A stretch of DNA of 63,145 bases, filler included, from Olpidium bornovanus S191 (GCA_017911155.1; 29 parts of 29 records of this genome joined end to end with filler, not necessarily neighbours in it), one strand, 5' to 3'; counted from the first letter of the whole stretch, positions 37,189 through 49,829 are shown. Numbers and translations are program-made. The notes: generated by a model from the sequence alone, not told the origin.

Positions 37189-37320
37189 GGTTACGGTCAC
37201 GTGGCAGGAGGGTTACGGTCACGTGGCGGAATGGTTACGGTCACGTGGCGGGATGGTTACGGTCACGTGGCGGGATGGTTACGGTCACGTGGCGGGAGGG
37301 TTACGGTCACGTGGCATGAC
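37189..37320. repeat. Tandem array of six 22-bp units, GGTTACGGTCACGTGGC + 5 variable nt
   Basis: Units start at 37189, 37211, 37233, 37255, 37277 and 37299. The first 17 nt are invariant and each unit contains GTCACGTG. Confidence 0.97.
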
Positions 37321-37608
37321 GCTACAGTCACGGGCGTGACGCTACAGCGAAAAGCGGCAAAAAAAAAATCCTGTAGACTCTAACCTAACGATTCGGGAAT
37401 AATGCGAGTTCGACTCATACTCGCGCGCCCTCCGCTACAACGGAAACCGCCGGGGGATTTTGTGTTTCCTGCCGGAATTTCGCAGGGGAAATCATACTGT
37501 TTTGTCTCTGGCCATCGCCTCGCCCGCGCAGCACATTATCAGCCTGGGAAGCGCACCTTGGATACGCGGAGGGACCGGGCGGCCAAAACACGCCGCGCGT
37601 GAGCGCAA

Positions 37609-40600
37609 ATGTTGGGAAGCCCGGCCGCAGCGGGTGGTGCTGGCGGTGGCGGTGGTGGAGAATGCTGCTGCAGCAGCGACCCCAGCTCAATGCAAGGATC
37701 CAAGGGCGGGCAGGCCGGTCCGAAGGCCGCCACCACTAAATCGGGCCAGAAGAAGCAGACCAGCTTGCTTGGGTACTTCTCTAGGGTCCCCGCCGACAAG
37801 AAAGGCGCAGGCTCCGGCGGGGGAAGCACCGAAGGTAAAGGGAGGGGGGCGGGCGGGGGGAGGTGGGTGACAATTCCCGCCAGGCTGCCGCGCTTCTAAC
37901 CTGTAAACTGCTGTCAAATCGGCGAACCCCACCAGCGATCCCCACGGTCAAGCGCTCGCGATTGGACGGCGGTGGAGACGGGATCGGGGCGTCGGTGGAA
38001 ACCGATCAGCGGTCGTGTGATGGGGAGGAAGACGCGGATGTCGCCCCACCGAAGAGGCGACGCATGACGCGTCGCCGTGTCGTCGCGGCCGACAGCAGCG
38101 AGGATGAGAGTTGCCAGGAGCAGACGGCGGTCGAACGGTCCGTGTCTCCTGTGAAGCCCGAGGGCTCGCCCACCAAGCGGGCAGAGCGCTTCCGTTATAA
38201 TCCCAGTCGCCGCGGAAATCGGCCCGACGTCAGCAACCCCGAGGACTCGGCCGCTGTTGCGTGTAACGACGAAAAGCGAAGAAGGCGCGAGAAATATGCT
38301 CGCATGTTTGGAAACCGGTTTCTCGATTCGCCAATGCGCAGTCAATGGAACTCAGCTGATGGAAATGCGGGAATGGAAATGATTGATGAAACTGCGGATG
38401 GAGCGCCGCAGAGTGGAAATTTCCACTTCGTTCCCAACGAGAAGACCGGCGCCAGCGAAATCGGAACCTTCGCTCTTGCTTTTAATTCGATCGCCAAAAA
38501 GCCTCCGTACACGCCGCTCGAGAACCAAGTGATTGAGATTAAAAAGAAAAACCGCGACGTTCTCCTGGTGTGGACTTTCGTTCTATGCGTTTAGGCGAAA
38601 ATACTGAAGGAACTGCTGACGAGGCTTGTTGATTGTTGGACTTGGATTAGATTGTCGAAGTCGGCTACAAATTTCGTTTTTTCGGCGAGGATGCGCAGAT
38701 CGCATCCCGCAGCTTGAATATCATGTGTATTTTAGACAGGGCCGGACACTTTTACAGCGCAAGCATCCCAGTTCCGCGTCTAATGGTTCACACCAAACGG
38801 TACGGGAGTTGCTTGACTGTCGAGGACATTTGTCCCAGAGCCTCCTGTAATGAACGAAATTGTGTAGCCTTGTTCAGCTGGGCTACAAGGTCGGCATTGT
38901 TCGCCAGATGGAAACTGCCGCGCTTAAAGCTACGTCCGACACGAAAAGTCAACCGTTTGTCCGCGAGCTGACGAATCTTTATACGAAGGGGACATTTGTG
39001 GATGGTACGGGCTTTTCTTGTTTATTGAGTAAAGGGCGCGCGTTCCAGGCCGCCAGCAACGTGCTCAATTGCGGTTTGAACGTTGCCAGACGCATCCGAC
39101 GATACGTTCGGAAAGTCGGGAGGTTCCAGCTACCTCATGTGCCTCTTTGAGACATTGAAAGGGGGTACGGGAAGAGATGAACAAGTCGAGATCGGTTTGT
39201 TGGTGCGTCGTCCGATGAGTTTGATCGCGTGTTCCGCCTGTCTCGTTGGACGTTCCTCACAAGGCGTGATTTGCAGGCCGTTCAACCTTCTACCGGCGAC
39301 GTTATTTACGACGTGTTCCAAGATACACATCTGCGAAATGAACTGGAAACCAGGATAATGCACATCCAGCCCTGTGAATTGATTATTCCCCCTGTGCGGT
39401 CCGTTGAAGTTCGGTCCTATAAAAAAGAAAGAAGCGGCGAACCCACATTGTCTCAGGCAAGCGAAAAGGTGGTCGACTACCTTTCTCGGCAAGGATATGG
39501 TACTTCGCTAGGGGACACCGTGAGGGTGGAGAGAGCTGAGGGGTTTTTCTTGAACGGAAGAGACGCGTTCACTCTCGTGAGCGATTTCTACGCTGAAGGA
39601 GTTGCGGAAAGCGCCGGAAACCCGAAAGAACGCGAGCGGAGAGGTATAAATTTACCAGAAAAGAAAGCCGTTATCACGCCCAACCGACAACGCAAGGCGA
39701 CTGATGGGTTCCCTTTATACTTAAGCCGAACTGTTTAAAGAAAGTTTACGATTTCCCCCGTCCGTAATGTGAGCTTCCCTTCATTGTCGGCCGCCAGCAT
39801 ACGTCGGTCGCCCGCGGCAAACTAACTTGTGCACGCCGCCGCCTTCCGGTAGCATCTGCCTCGCTGCAATGATCCGACATCTGACGGCTTTTGGCCTGGA
39901 GCACGTCTTCCGCCTCACCAAGTTTTTCTCGCCGTTCTCCTCGACGGCAACCATGCTTTTAAACGCGAACACGCTCGCCAACCTGGAGATATTCCGCAAC
40001 CAGCTGGACTACACCGTCAAAGGGAGCCTTTTGTGGAACCTCGACTACACTCTGACCCCGTTTGGGAAGCGGCTGCTGAAAACCTGGGTAGGAAGACCGC
40101 TTGTGGATATCAGGTGGGCAAATCGTTCTCAAAACACATTCTGTCGGATGTATCGATGCACGTTAATGTGGCCGACAGCGCGTTGAATGAGCGAGAAGAC
40201 GCCGTTGAGGAGCTTGTGGGCGGAACCGATCATCACCGCGCGCCAGTAGAAAAGTGCCGCAACTTGCTCAAGGCGCTACCCGACGTGGAAAAGAGTCTTT
40301 GCAGAGTTCACTACGGAAAGGTAATGTATGGCAGGTTGATTCTCTCTCCAACAACACACACAGACGCACGCGCGCGCAAAGACACACGCACGCACGCACG
40401 TACGCACGCACAATGTAAATAACGCCTTCTGGTCACATCCACCTCACCGAACCGCGGTTCCTAGTGTCCACCATCAGAACTCTGGCAGCTTCTGTCGGCT
40501 TTTGTGGAAATTGGGGACGCATTTCCGGCTGGAGCTGACGATGTCGACGGCCAAGGAAATTCACAGTCGGGTTCAGCTACCTATAAGGACAGCTTCCGAT

Positions 40601-42880
40601 CACCCCTGCTGCGCTCCATCGTTGCGTTCCTGCCGAAAGTCAAGAGCGACGCCCTCAGGTTCCTGAGAATGCTGCAGAAAGGAGCGGCGCTCAAGGGCGA
40701 TAAGGAGAACCTTTTTAATGAAGAGGACGAACGGTTTGCGGAGATAAAGAAGTGCAAAGAGGTGAGCCCTAGGACATCTTGAACGGACGTGACGTCAAAG
40801 GAACTGTTAGTTTATTGGATTACCGGTGCAGGATATTGCTGCCGCCGAAGAAAATCTTCTTCAACACTTGAAGGACGTTCGGAAACAATTGAAAATGCCG
40901 ACGTTGCAATATTCTACCATCGCGGGGACTGAGGTACTGAAGTTTGGAAACTTTCTGAATGACAATTGGGGGGTGGACCGAATAACCTGGACGTTTATTC
41001 GTGCACATCGTTACAGTACATTTTTGAAGTCAAGCACAACGTCCGTCCACCTGTACCGAAGTCGTGGGTGAAAGTTAGCAAGTACGTTGGATTCCATTAC
41101 TACGGTGTTTATTCATTGCTAGCTGCGGTTGCCCTAACTGTTAAAAACTTCAGCACAAAGGCCGCCGGACGGTATCACTCACCGGAGATCCTTGATCGCC
41201 TACCAATTCTACAAGCCTGTCGAGAGAAATTGGCTTTCGCGAGCGACCGGGCATACCGTGCGTTTTTGAGGTGAAGCAATGCTCATCGATGGCGCTTTCG
41301 AATGTTTTGATCAGACGAATCGTAACTGTCGTTGCGTGAATGCAATGAAATGTCTAAGGCTGTAACCCGCTTCACTCGAACCTCTTTCAGCTCCGTTGCC
41401 GATTGCTACGAGCTGTTCCGAGACGCAACGAAGCGGCTGGCGACGTTGGATTGCCTGTTGTCCTTGGCCACTGTCGCGCGGCAACCAGGATACGTAAAGC
41501 CGGAGTTTGTGACGGACACACGCATCGAAATTCACCAAGGCCGACATCCCATGGTCGAGAGAATCATCCCTGAGCCGTTTGTACCAAACGACGTCGTGTT
41601 GGATGTGAGTTGCTATATCCAGCGCTCCTGCTGCCAGTGCATTGCAACGGGCGCGATCGCGTCTAAACTAAATTTTCCATCCAGTCCAATGCATTAAGAA
41701 CAATGGTCATCACGGGACCCAACATGGGAGGCAAGAAATTTGCCTTTTGTGGCCATCTTCTACGTTTGACCGCCGCTAACATTAGCCGCCCGTAGGTAAA
41801 AGCTCCTTCATTCGCATGTGTGCGCTGATTTCCATTATGGGCCAACTCGGCTCGTATGTCCCTGCTGTTTTTGCTCGCCTTGGCATGCTAGATGCTGTTT
41901 ATACAAGGTGCGCCGCGCATTTCTCCGTTCGTCGCACCTTTTTGTGTTTTCATGTTACTAACCCCGCCGCATTGCACAGGATGGGTGCTTCCGATAACAT
42001 GCTTAAAGGCGAGTCCACATTCATGGTGGTGAGTTTTCTCGCCGGTGAATTGCCGGATCGAAAGTCGCATTATCGAATGTAGCTGACGGTCTCGGCACGA
42101 GCGAAGGAGCTGAAGGAAACGTCGGACATAATGAAGCAAGCAACAGCGCGGTCTCTCGTCATCTTGGACGAGCTGGGCAGAGGAACGTCCACACATGACG
42201 GGGTTGCCATCGCTCACGCAGTACTGCGACACTTCGTTATCAACGTATGTGACGGTAGCGGGAGGTGAAATGTCGATCATGCGCTTCTCCTAACCACCAT
42301 AAGCCCGTCACGAAGATCAAGTCCCTTACTTTGTTCGTCACGCATTATCCCTCTCTCGGCGAGCTGGCGGACGAGATACCTCAGCACGTCGGCAACTATC
42401 ATATGGCATTCCTTTCTTCCACTCAAAATGGCAAGTTGCCGCCGCGATCGCGGCCGTGTACCGCGGGAACCAGCTTAAGCGCACCCGTCTGATGGTCGGC
42501 GGCTTTCTTGTTACGCAGAGTCCGATAACAGTGCGGGACCCGATACCCATGACATCACATTCCTGTACCGGATCACCGCCGGGGTAGCTCACCGGAGTTA
42601 CGGCCTGAACGTCGCCAGGCTCGCGAAACTCCCGCCGCGCATTCTAGAAGTGGCGAAAACGAAGTCGGAGGAGCTGGAGCAAATCATCCGCCGCAGGCGC
42701 GGCAGGCCGGAAGCGAAGGCGGCATGCCGCTTGCTGAGGCTGCTGGGCGAGCTTTTTTCTAACAACAACGCGTCGGAAGAGAGCCGCGGTGCGCGAGTGC
42801 TCCAGGAGTTGCGCCTGCTGCTGGGCGAAAAGCCCGGAGACAATGCCACGGTAGAAAGCGCACGGCAGCAAGTCGCGTGA
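37609..42880 (+). CDS. MSH3: DNA mismatch repair protein MSH3, multi-exon, apparently complete
   Basis: N-terminal PIP box QTSLLGYF; [129 protein letters not shown]; ends TGA at 42878-42880. Confidence 0.97.
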
Positions 42881-43749
42881 TCGCGTGACAGCCGGAGTAA
42901 GATCGTCCGTCGCGGTGCCCCGCCTCGGCGCATAACAGGTAGTAGTGTGGAATTTTTGATTCTTCTTTCTCCCTAAGAAAAGAACGCCTTTCCCCCCCCC
43001 CTTTCCCAACCCCACCCACCTTTCATCCTTCCTTCCGCAGGCGCCGGAGCGGGCCGGTATATCGCGAAGTTTTGCTGATTTCTGCAACGTCAATCGCGAT
43101 GTGCCCGAAGTTGCTGGCGATGTGCCCGAATTTGTTTGGGTTTACCATTGCGGAGAAGCACTGCAATGCCTGGAAGGTGCGGTAAATGTGAGGGACCTGG
43201 CACGTGCGGTAGATGCGGAAAGCATCGCCTCCCTTTTTCATCAACAGAAACCAACCCGCCGCTATAGGATTCGGGGAGTTTTCGGGGTTTTTGGAGCTCT
43301 GGAGAGCTTTTCTATTTCACTGCTCTACTCTGCTTTTATAAAAAGGGCTTTTCAGGGTAAAACGCTGGTGAAACGTGTACGTTTCAAGGGTGGAACGTAA
43401 GAGGGGTGAAACATATGGTTTCAGGGGTGAAATAGAGTGGGCGCAGTGCCCGGCTTTCCCCCTTTCCGACAACCGCGTTCCCCCCCCTCCCCCTTCCCCC
43501 AAAAAAGAAAAAAAATCCATAACACCACGTCCACCACCCCCAGGATGGTATCGCGCCCCCCACGCGCGCGCGCGCCATTTTCCTCGCTCCTCACTCCGAG
43601 ACGCGCCCGATCCGGCTCTCCATCTTCCCGTGGGCGTCGTTTGCGCATGNNNNNNNNNNNNNNNNNNNNNNNNNNNNNNNNNNNNNNNNNNNNTTAATTA
43701 ATTAANNNNNNNNNNNNNNNNNNNNNNNNNNNNNNNNNNNNNNNNNNNN

Positions 43750-44010
43750 CATGCAAATTAAAGGGATTGACTACAATGAAACGTTTTTGCCGGTGGTTTC
43801 GGCCACGGCGGTGCGCGCGGCCAATGCCACTGCAGCAAGGAATATTTTGATTGTCCGTCAACAAGTTGTCATTGTTGCGTACCTGAACAGCAAATTGGAT
43901 AAGGACGTGTACATTGAACAGCCCGATGGGTTTGTCATTGGCGCGTCAAAAGTCTGCAAATAATGTTGAGCCCTGTATGGTCTCAAGCAAAGCGGCAGAG
44001 TATGGAATAA
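43750..44010 (+). mobile_element. Degenerate Ty1/copia RT fragment
   Basis: QIKGIDYNETFLPVV...AYLNSKLDKDVYIEQPDGFV...ALYGLKQSGRVWN, with in-frame stops. Confidence 0.9.
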
Positions 44011-44538
44011 AAATCGCACATAAAGCTTTCTCTCTTCTCACGGGCTCGCTGCGGGTTCTCCTGGTTCTCCCTCCGGCTCCGAGGAACTTTGCAGTGGACG
44101 GGGGAGGACTGAGGCAAGGCGGGGACGGTTTCCCCCGCCGCCCCCACGTGGCGGCACCATCAGGTACCCCATTTGCCTACCGCGCAAATCGAAAAAAAAA
44201 AAATCCGTTTGTTCTGCAGCAGCGGGAACGGAGAGCGAAAAAAGGAGGACAGAGAGACGCCCGCGTCCGCCTCCTCTTTCTCTCTCGTCCGCGTCCGCGT
44301 TCCTCGTCATTCCTCCTCCCTCCTCTCCGCCCCTCCTTTCTCCCCTTTTTTTCCGGGGCGAGGTTTCCCTCTCATTTCGCCCGTCCGGTCGGACTCTCGC
44401 CCCCTCGTTTTACGACGCGTCCTAAATACACGTATATATTCGCGAGACGAATACAAGTCCCGGCGCCTTTCCGCCCGGCCACCGGATTTGCCAGAGTTTT
44501 CGCGCGCAGGACGAAAGGGCGCGCCCGCTGTGCGCAGG

Positions 44539-45505
44539 ATGGCCAACCACGTTTTTGTCGCGGAGTTAGCCCCCGGCATGAAGGTCGGCGAGATAACGGT
44601 CGTCCTGTTGGAGCTGCGTAAGTTCCTCTTCGCTACTTCGACCAGACGGAAAAGCGGCGGGGGGGTGGGGGCGGGGAAGGCCTGGAAAGAGAAGGGGGGG
44701 GTGGTCCGTGCTTTTCGGGAGCTTCTCCATTTGTCTGCAAAACTGGCCTGGTTGTTTTCTATGACGTTCAGACGGAACCAGCCGCCCCCTTCTCTCCCCG
44801 TTCGCAAAAACCTCCGGGCGCTATTTGCTTTTCCCGTCGGCTGTGATTTGCTCGCCAGTTGGTCACTACGTGAACGACGAAACACCGGTTGCGATTTTCA
44901 AGGCCGCAGACCGGACCGGTGCTATCTCGGTTCACCTCGCGGGCGAGCCCTCGACGCACCTCATGTGCGGAGATATCTTGAAGATAACGCGGTGGTAGGC
45001 GACTCAAACGTCGCATCTTCCGAAGAGGTGGAAACCTGGCGCGGTGAACGAGTGGCGCCGCGATACGATGGCGACCGATGCCGGAAACTCCTTTGCTATT
45101 TCAAAGCCACGCAACAAGCGCGCTTACTGCTGGTGGGAAAAAAAACCCCCCCCGTCATTTGCACGCCTGGCAGCATCGCGAAGGTCAACCCTACCAGAAA
45201 AGAGCTGAGGCTTTTTTCGACGCGCCTCGGGAAAATTGCAAAGATCGGAGAGTGAGTGAACCGGACCTAGCTCCCGTTTATTTCCGTCAAACTCTTTTTT
45301 ACATCCCTGGTTCTGCTGCTTAATTCAATGTGTCCTTGATTTCTTTTCTCGGCTTCGCGGCGAAATTTGAAACCGTAAACTGGCCCATTCCGAACGTGCG
45401 ATTACGAGAAGACACATCTTTCCGTTCGTGACGGATCCAAACCACAGCGAAGATTTTCGGTGGGAAATGAACGATAGCCAGGAGTACGTACGCACACCGG
45501 CGTAG
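44539..45505 (+). CDS. SOSS-B / NABP (hSSB1-like) OB-fold ssDNA-binding protein
   Basis: Exons MANHVFVAELAPGMKVGEITVVLLEL / AIFKAADRTGAISVHLAGEPSTHLMCGDILKITR / KELRLFSTRLGKIAKIGE / HIFPFVTDPNHS parallel the NABP motifs (ADKTGSI, PGDIIRL, KIGE...PNFS). The last exon and stop are tentative. Confidence 0.75.
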
Positions 45506-46728
45506 TAATGCCAAAAAAGATAAAAGCCCGGGACAAAGGAACGACTCTAGAGGTTCGTCCAATGTGTTGTGGTCGTTCCCACGTAACCTCACAGTTTTTG
45601 GTTTACTGATCGAACGCCGACAGCTTCTGCCGCCGGGATACGGCTGGTACACACTGCGCCAATCTCGGTGCCGCGTTCGGTGAGAAATGATCCGCTTTTT
45701 TCTGTTCGAGCGAACGTCGAGGTCAGATAGCTTCTGCCCGTTGCGAATAATCTGTATGGTCCAGGAGTTGCATTTTTTTTCAGTCAGCCCAACTGACCTC
45801 TCCTTATCACGTTACATAATAAGCGAGCCAGAACGACTTGCTGACAACGAGTGAGAGTTAGAGCAGTGTGCCATCATAATAGTTGTCGTATCGATATATT
45901 GTATCAGTATCATTGCCAGCATCAAAACCCATTAAATGCTCGATGTAGTTCACCTGCGTTGTGACGGGAAGGAGCCAACGAAGTCAGACGCGGGAACGAC
46001 ACAGGGAAGCGGGCACGAAGCTCCTTTCTGTTTGTTTTTGAGGTTTTTGCGCGTGGGATGGAAGAGGCGCAGCCAATGGTGCGGGATGGTCGGGGAGCAC
46101 CCGTATGACGTTAGTGTCGTTTCCAGTCTGCTCGTGAGCGTGCAGCTTAATTACATACACTTCCGAGACTGCGACAATTCCCGAACGAATTTGACGGTGA
46201 CTTCCGAGCCAACCGGGTGACCCTGATTTGTCATCCGGGGCGGGCCAAGTTCTCCGTCTTGGTCAATTGACGACGACTTCGACCCTGGACGGCCGGGCGT
46301 CGCCCGGTCGCCGGCCAACCGGAAAAACTCGCGACTTCTTCCCCGCCCCCCCCCCCCCCCCCCCCCCCCCCACCACCCGCCCCCCCCNNNNNNNNNNNNN
46401 NNNNNNNNNNNNNNNNNNNNNNNNNNNNNNNTTAATTAATTAANNNNNNNNNNNNNNNNNNNNNNNNNNNNNNNNNNNNNNNNNNNNGGGGGGGGGGGAG
46501 ATTTCCGTTGGTTGGGGTGGGTGTTTGGGTGGGGCGCGTGGCGGGCATATCGTCTCGTCGTCGGGGTTCCGGCCGCGTGTTTGCCCTCCTCTCGTGTCTT
46601 TTCTGCCGCTCTCCACCCATTTTCTTCCCCCTTCCGCTCTCCTCCCAAAGAAGCCGCTGTGCCCGCTCCCTCTCCTGCCCAACAAGAACTCTTGAGCGGC
46701 GAAACGGAACGGCTGGGTTGTGTTGGCC

Positions 46729-48035
46729 ATGCCTTCTGAAGAACACCGCCGCTCATCGGCTTCCCGGGCCCGCAAGCCTTTGTTGGCGGTCAACACTGCC
46801 GCCGCGGCCGCTTCGGTTGTGCCGAAGAAGCGCCGCGAGCCTTCGGCGGCAAAGACCGCCGCGGCCGCTTCGGCTGTGCCGAAGAAGCGCCGCGAGCCTT
46901 CGGCGGCAAAGACCGCCGCGGCCGCTTCGGCGGTGCCGAAGAAGCGCCGGCGAAACGACTTTGCCGAGGAAGCCGAGGACGGTGCGGCTGCCGGAGCGAC
47001 GCCTGGCGACGCGGACAAGGATTCTTCGGCCGACGAGGTAGACAGAGCTGTTGCGCTTGGCGACGCGCTCTTTGCGGGCTGCGACGAGCCCAAATCCGGA
47101 AGCGACGAGGACGCCGAACTCAGCTTTGGCGAGAACGCGTCAGAAAACGACGACGGCGGCGAGGAGAAGGAGTTGTCTCGCCGTGATCTTCTCAAGGGCA
47201 TCGACGTCAGCGACAGCAGCGATGGCGAGGACTCGTCGGACGACGAAAGGGCGCAGGAGTCTCGTACAGGTGGAGCGCACAACGGGGCTCGAAAGACGGA
47301 CAAGCTGGACGTTTTTGCCCAAGGCCACCAAGTTATTGCGCTGGATTCCTCGAAGAAGAAATTGCAGGCTGTCGAGGTAATAAACGAAGTGCTGTTTTTG
47401 TTTCTGTTGGTCTGCGTGTCGTCGCGGGGTTGTTCTTTATATTCACGCGGTTTGCGTTTAGCCCGTAAGCAATGCCAAGCGGGGAGTCGTATACCTTGGC
47501 CGAATCCCCCCCGGGTTTTACGAGGAGCAAATGCGCGACTACTTCTCTCAGTTCGGCGAAGTGACTCGCCTCAGGCTGGCGCGGAACAAAAAGGTAAATG
47601 ATCCCGTTATCCGAAACGTTTTCCGGAGCTTCGGCAGATAATCTCGCCCTGCAAAACATAACATTTTTTTATTCTTTTGTCTCGCAATGTCCTGTAAAAT
47701 CGCAATAGACCGGTCGCTCGAAACAGTACGCCTTTCTCGAGTTCCGGTCCGAGGACGTGGCCAATATCATATGCGACACGATGCACAACTATCTCCTCTC
47801 CGGCCGGCTCCTTCAGTGCAAACTCATACCTGCTGCATCCGTGCACCCGAAGACGTTTGTTGGTGCCGGCAGACGATACCGCGTCACCGACCACTATGCC
47901 GCGGCGCGCAAGCAACACAACGCCGAAAAGACACAAAAGGGAATTCGCGCGGCATTCGAAAAGGAGAGGGCCGCCGCAAAGAAAAAGACCGAGAGACTCA
48001 GGCGGTCGGGAATAGATTACCAGTTCGACGGATAA
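46729..48035 (+). CDS. NOP15: Nucleolar RRM protein Nop15/NIFK
   Basis: Acidic/basic N-terminus, then [37 protein letters not shown] / [12 protein letters not shown]...[25 protein letters not shown]...VHPKTFVGA...GIDYQFDG and TAA. Confidence 0.93.
46798..46948 (+). repeat. 57-bp in-frame tandem repeat (about 2.6 copies) in the Nop15 N-terminus
   Basis: GCCGCGGCCGCTTCGG recurs at 46801, 46858 and 46915 and encodes [19 protein letters not shown]. Confidence 0.95.
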
Positions 48036-49053
48036 GCGTGCACGCGCGGAATCCCCACGCCGGCGATCGGTCAGGCCGGTTCGCAAAACTCGACGCGCAC
48101 GACGGCAAATTCCGACGTGCATCCGCGAACCCTTGCCTGACGTGAAAAACACCCATCGGCCTTTCCACGCGTCAGCCGCCAGATGTAATCCTGGCGGTGC
48201 CGAAAAAAAAAAAAGGAGAAGAAGAGGAAAGGAGGAAAGTCGATGCCAGAACGCCTGCTTCGCGACTCGCCACAGATGTCCTTGCATTCTCTCCCGAATG
48301 CGAATCGTCTTTACCGGGAAAGAATCCCGCTTGAATTGCCAAAGAAGGGCGGTGAATTGGGAATGCGTCTTGGGACAGACCGGAGCGAAGCCGTAAAAGC
48401 CTTTCCTTTTGGCTCCCCCACCCGGCTCCGCACCCGCTTCCCTCCACCTTAAGGATGGCAGATAAAAACTTTTCTTCAATTTCTCCCAGTGATTAATGTT
48501 TCACCCACATCATTAACAGTCTCTCCCAGTGTATCCACTTTCCCTTGTTGACAATGGTTACTAATGTTACAAATGGTTTTTTTTACCTTATGGTTTGGCA
48601 ATGTCTCCCGGTATTTACCGCTTGAATTCTCTGGCACGCTTACCAACTTTCAGCCAACCATCACACCCGCCACAATCCAAACCAAAATACGAATTCACAT
48701 TCGAGTTTGGAAAGGGTGCTGTACTGAATGAAGCAGTCTGGTGGAACTCCAGAAGCCCGAATGTGAGAACCGTACTAACCGACCCCCCCCTCCCCCCCGT
48801 TCCCCGCCCGCATACACACAAACCACGGTTATATTTTTTGCCCTATTCCCCCTTCCCCCTGCGCCGCCTCAGGCCTCGCGGCGGGCGCACATCCGCGACA
48901 GCCGACCGCGGAAAAAACGGACGGGGAAGGGGGTCGTGCGCGCGCGCGTGGTGTGTGTGTGTGTGTGCGTGTGTGTGTGTGTGTGTTTGTGTGTGTGTGA
49001 TATGTGTGAAGAGGCTTCTGTTAACGATCTGAAGGATTTCAGCCTTGGGCTGC

Positions 49054-49560
49054 TTACAAACGCAAATTAGATGATTGCACTAGATGAACGGGGGATCCGA
49101 TCTGGAAAGGCCCCGCGTGGTGGTGGTGGTGGTGGTTGTTGTGGAGGTTGTGGTGGTTGAAGAGAAAGGGGTCCTGGGGGATACGCTGGTGGTTGTTCTG
49201 GTTGTGGTTGTAGTGGTTGTTGTGGTGGTGGACCGGACAGCCCTGGGAAAAGCCGATGGACAGGTTCTGCAGCCCGAGGAGCGCCTGCTGCTGCTGCAGC
49301 TCCAGCAGGGCGGACGACGGCGCGGACGCGCCCCCGTGGACGAGGGCCGGCGGGTCGTCGGCCAACAGGCTCCTCGAAGCGGAGTTGAAGAGCCGCTCGT
49401 CGTCGAGGGCGCTCCTGCGGATGCTGGCCGGAGATCCTACGAGCCTCCTGCGCTGCTGGACGTCCTGCTGACGAGCCTTGTTCGTCGGCGGCCAGGAAGA
49501 CATGTCAAACAGCAAAAGATGTTTCTCGATGAAGCGGCTTTGGCAGAGCGAAATGCTCGA
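49054..49560 (-). CDS. C-terminal exon of a hypothetical protein with a His/Asn/Gln-rich tail
   Basis: Open frame ...RFIEKHLLLFDMSSW...HHHNNHYNHNQNNH...HHHHHHAGPF...stop. No family was recognised. Confidence 0.45.
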   Translation of the reverse strand, partial: SSISLCQSRFIEKHLLLFDMSSWPPTNKARQQDVQQRRRLVGSPASIRRSALDDERLFNSASRSLLADDPPALVHGGASAPSSALLELQQQQALLGLQNLSIGFSQGCPVHHHNNHYNHNQNNHQRIPQDPFLFNHHNLHNNHHHHHHAGPFQIGSPVHLVQSSNLRL

Positions 49561-49829
49561 GGGGGCCGTTGATAATCTCGTGGCTCAGGAAGAGCATCGG
49601 TTGCAACACCCTCCTTGTTCGCACCCCAACACCGGGACAACCCCTGCCCCGGCCCGGTAATGGTCGCGGGTGACCGCGAGTGGGTGGTCGAAAGAAACCT
49701 TGACGCCCGCCTACATCCTCGTCGTGAACNNNNNNNNNNNNNNNNNNNNNNNNNNNNNNNNNNNNNNNNNNNNTTAATTAATTAANNNNNNNNNNNNNNN
49801 NNNNNNNNNNNNNNNNNNNNNNNNNNNNN

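Noticed and set aside
37189-37320. CRISPR-like appearance of the 22-bp array (constant core plus variable part)
   Set aside because: The variable part is only 5 nt and nearly identical between units. There are no unique spacers and no cas genes, and the context is eukaryotic.
37404-37424. tRNA T-arm / B-box-like hairpin GCGAG-TTCGACTCATA-CTCGC
   Set aside because: The loop is 11 nt rather than 7, and no D-arm, anticodon arm, acceptor stem or A-box is found upstream.
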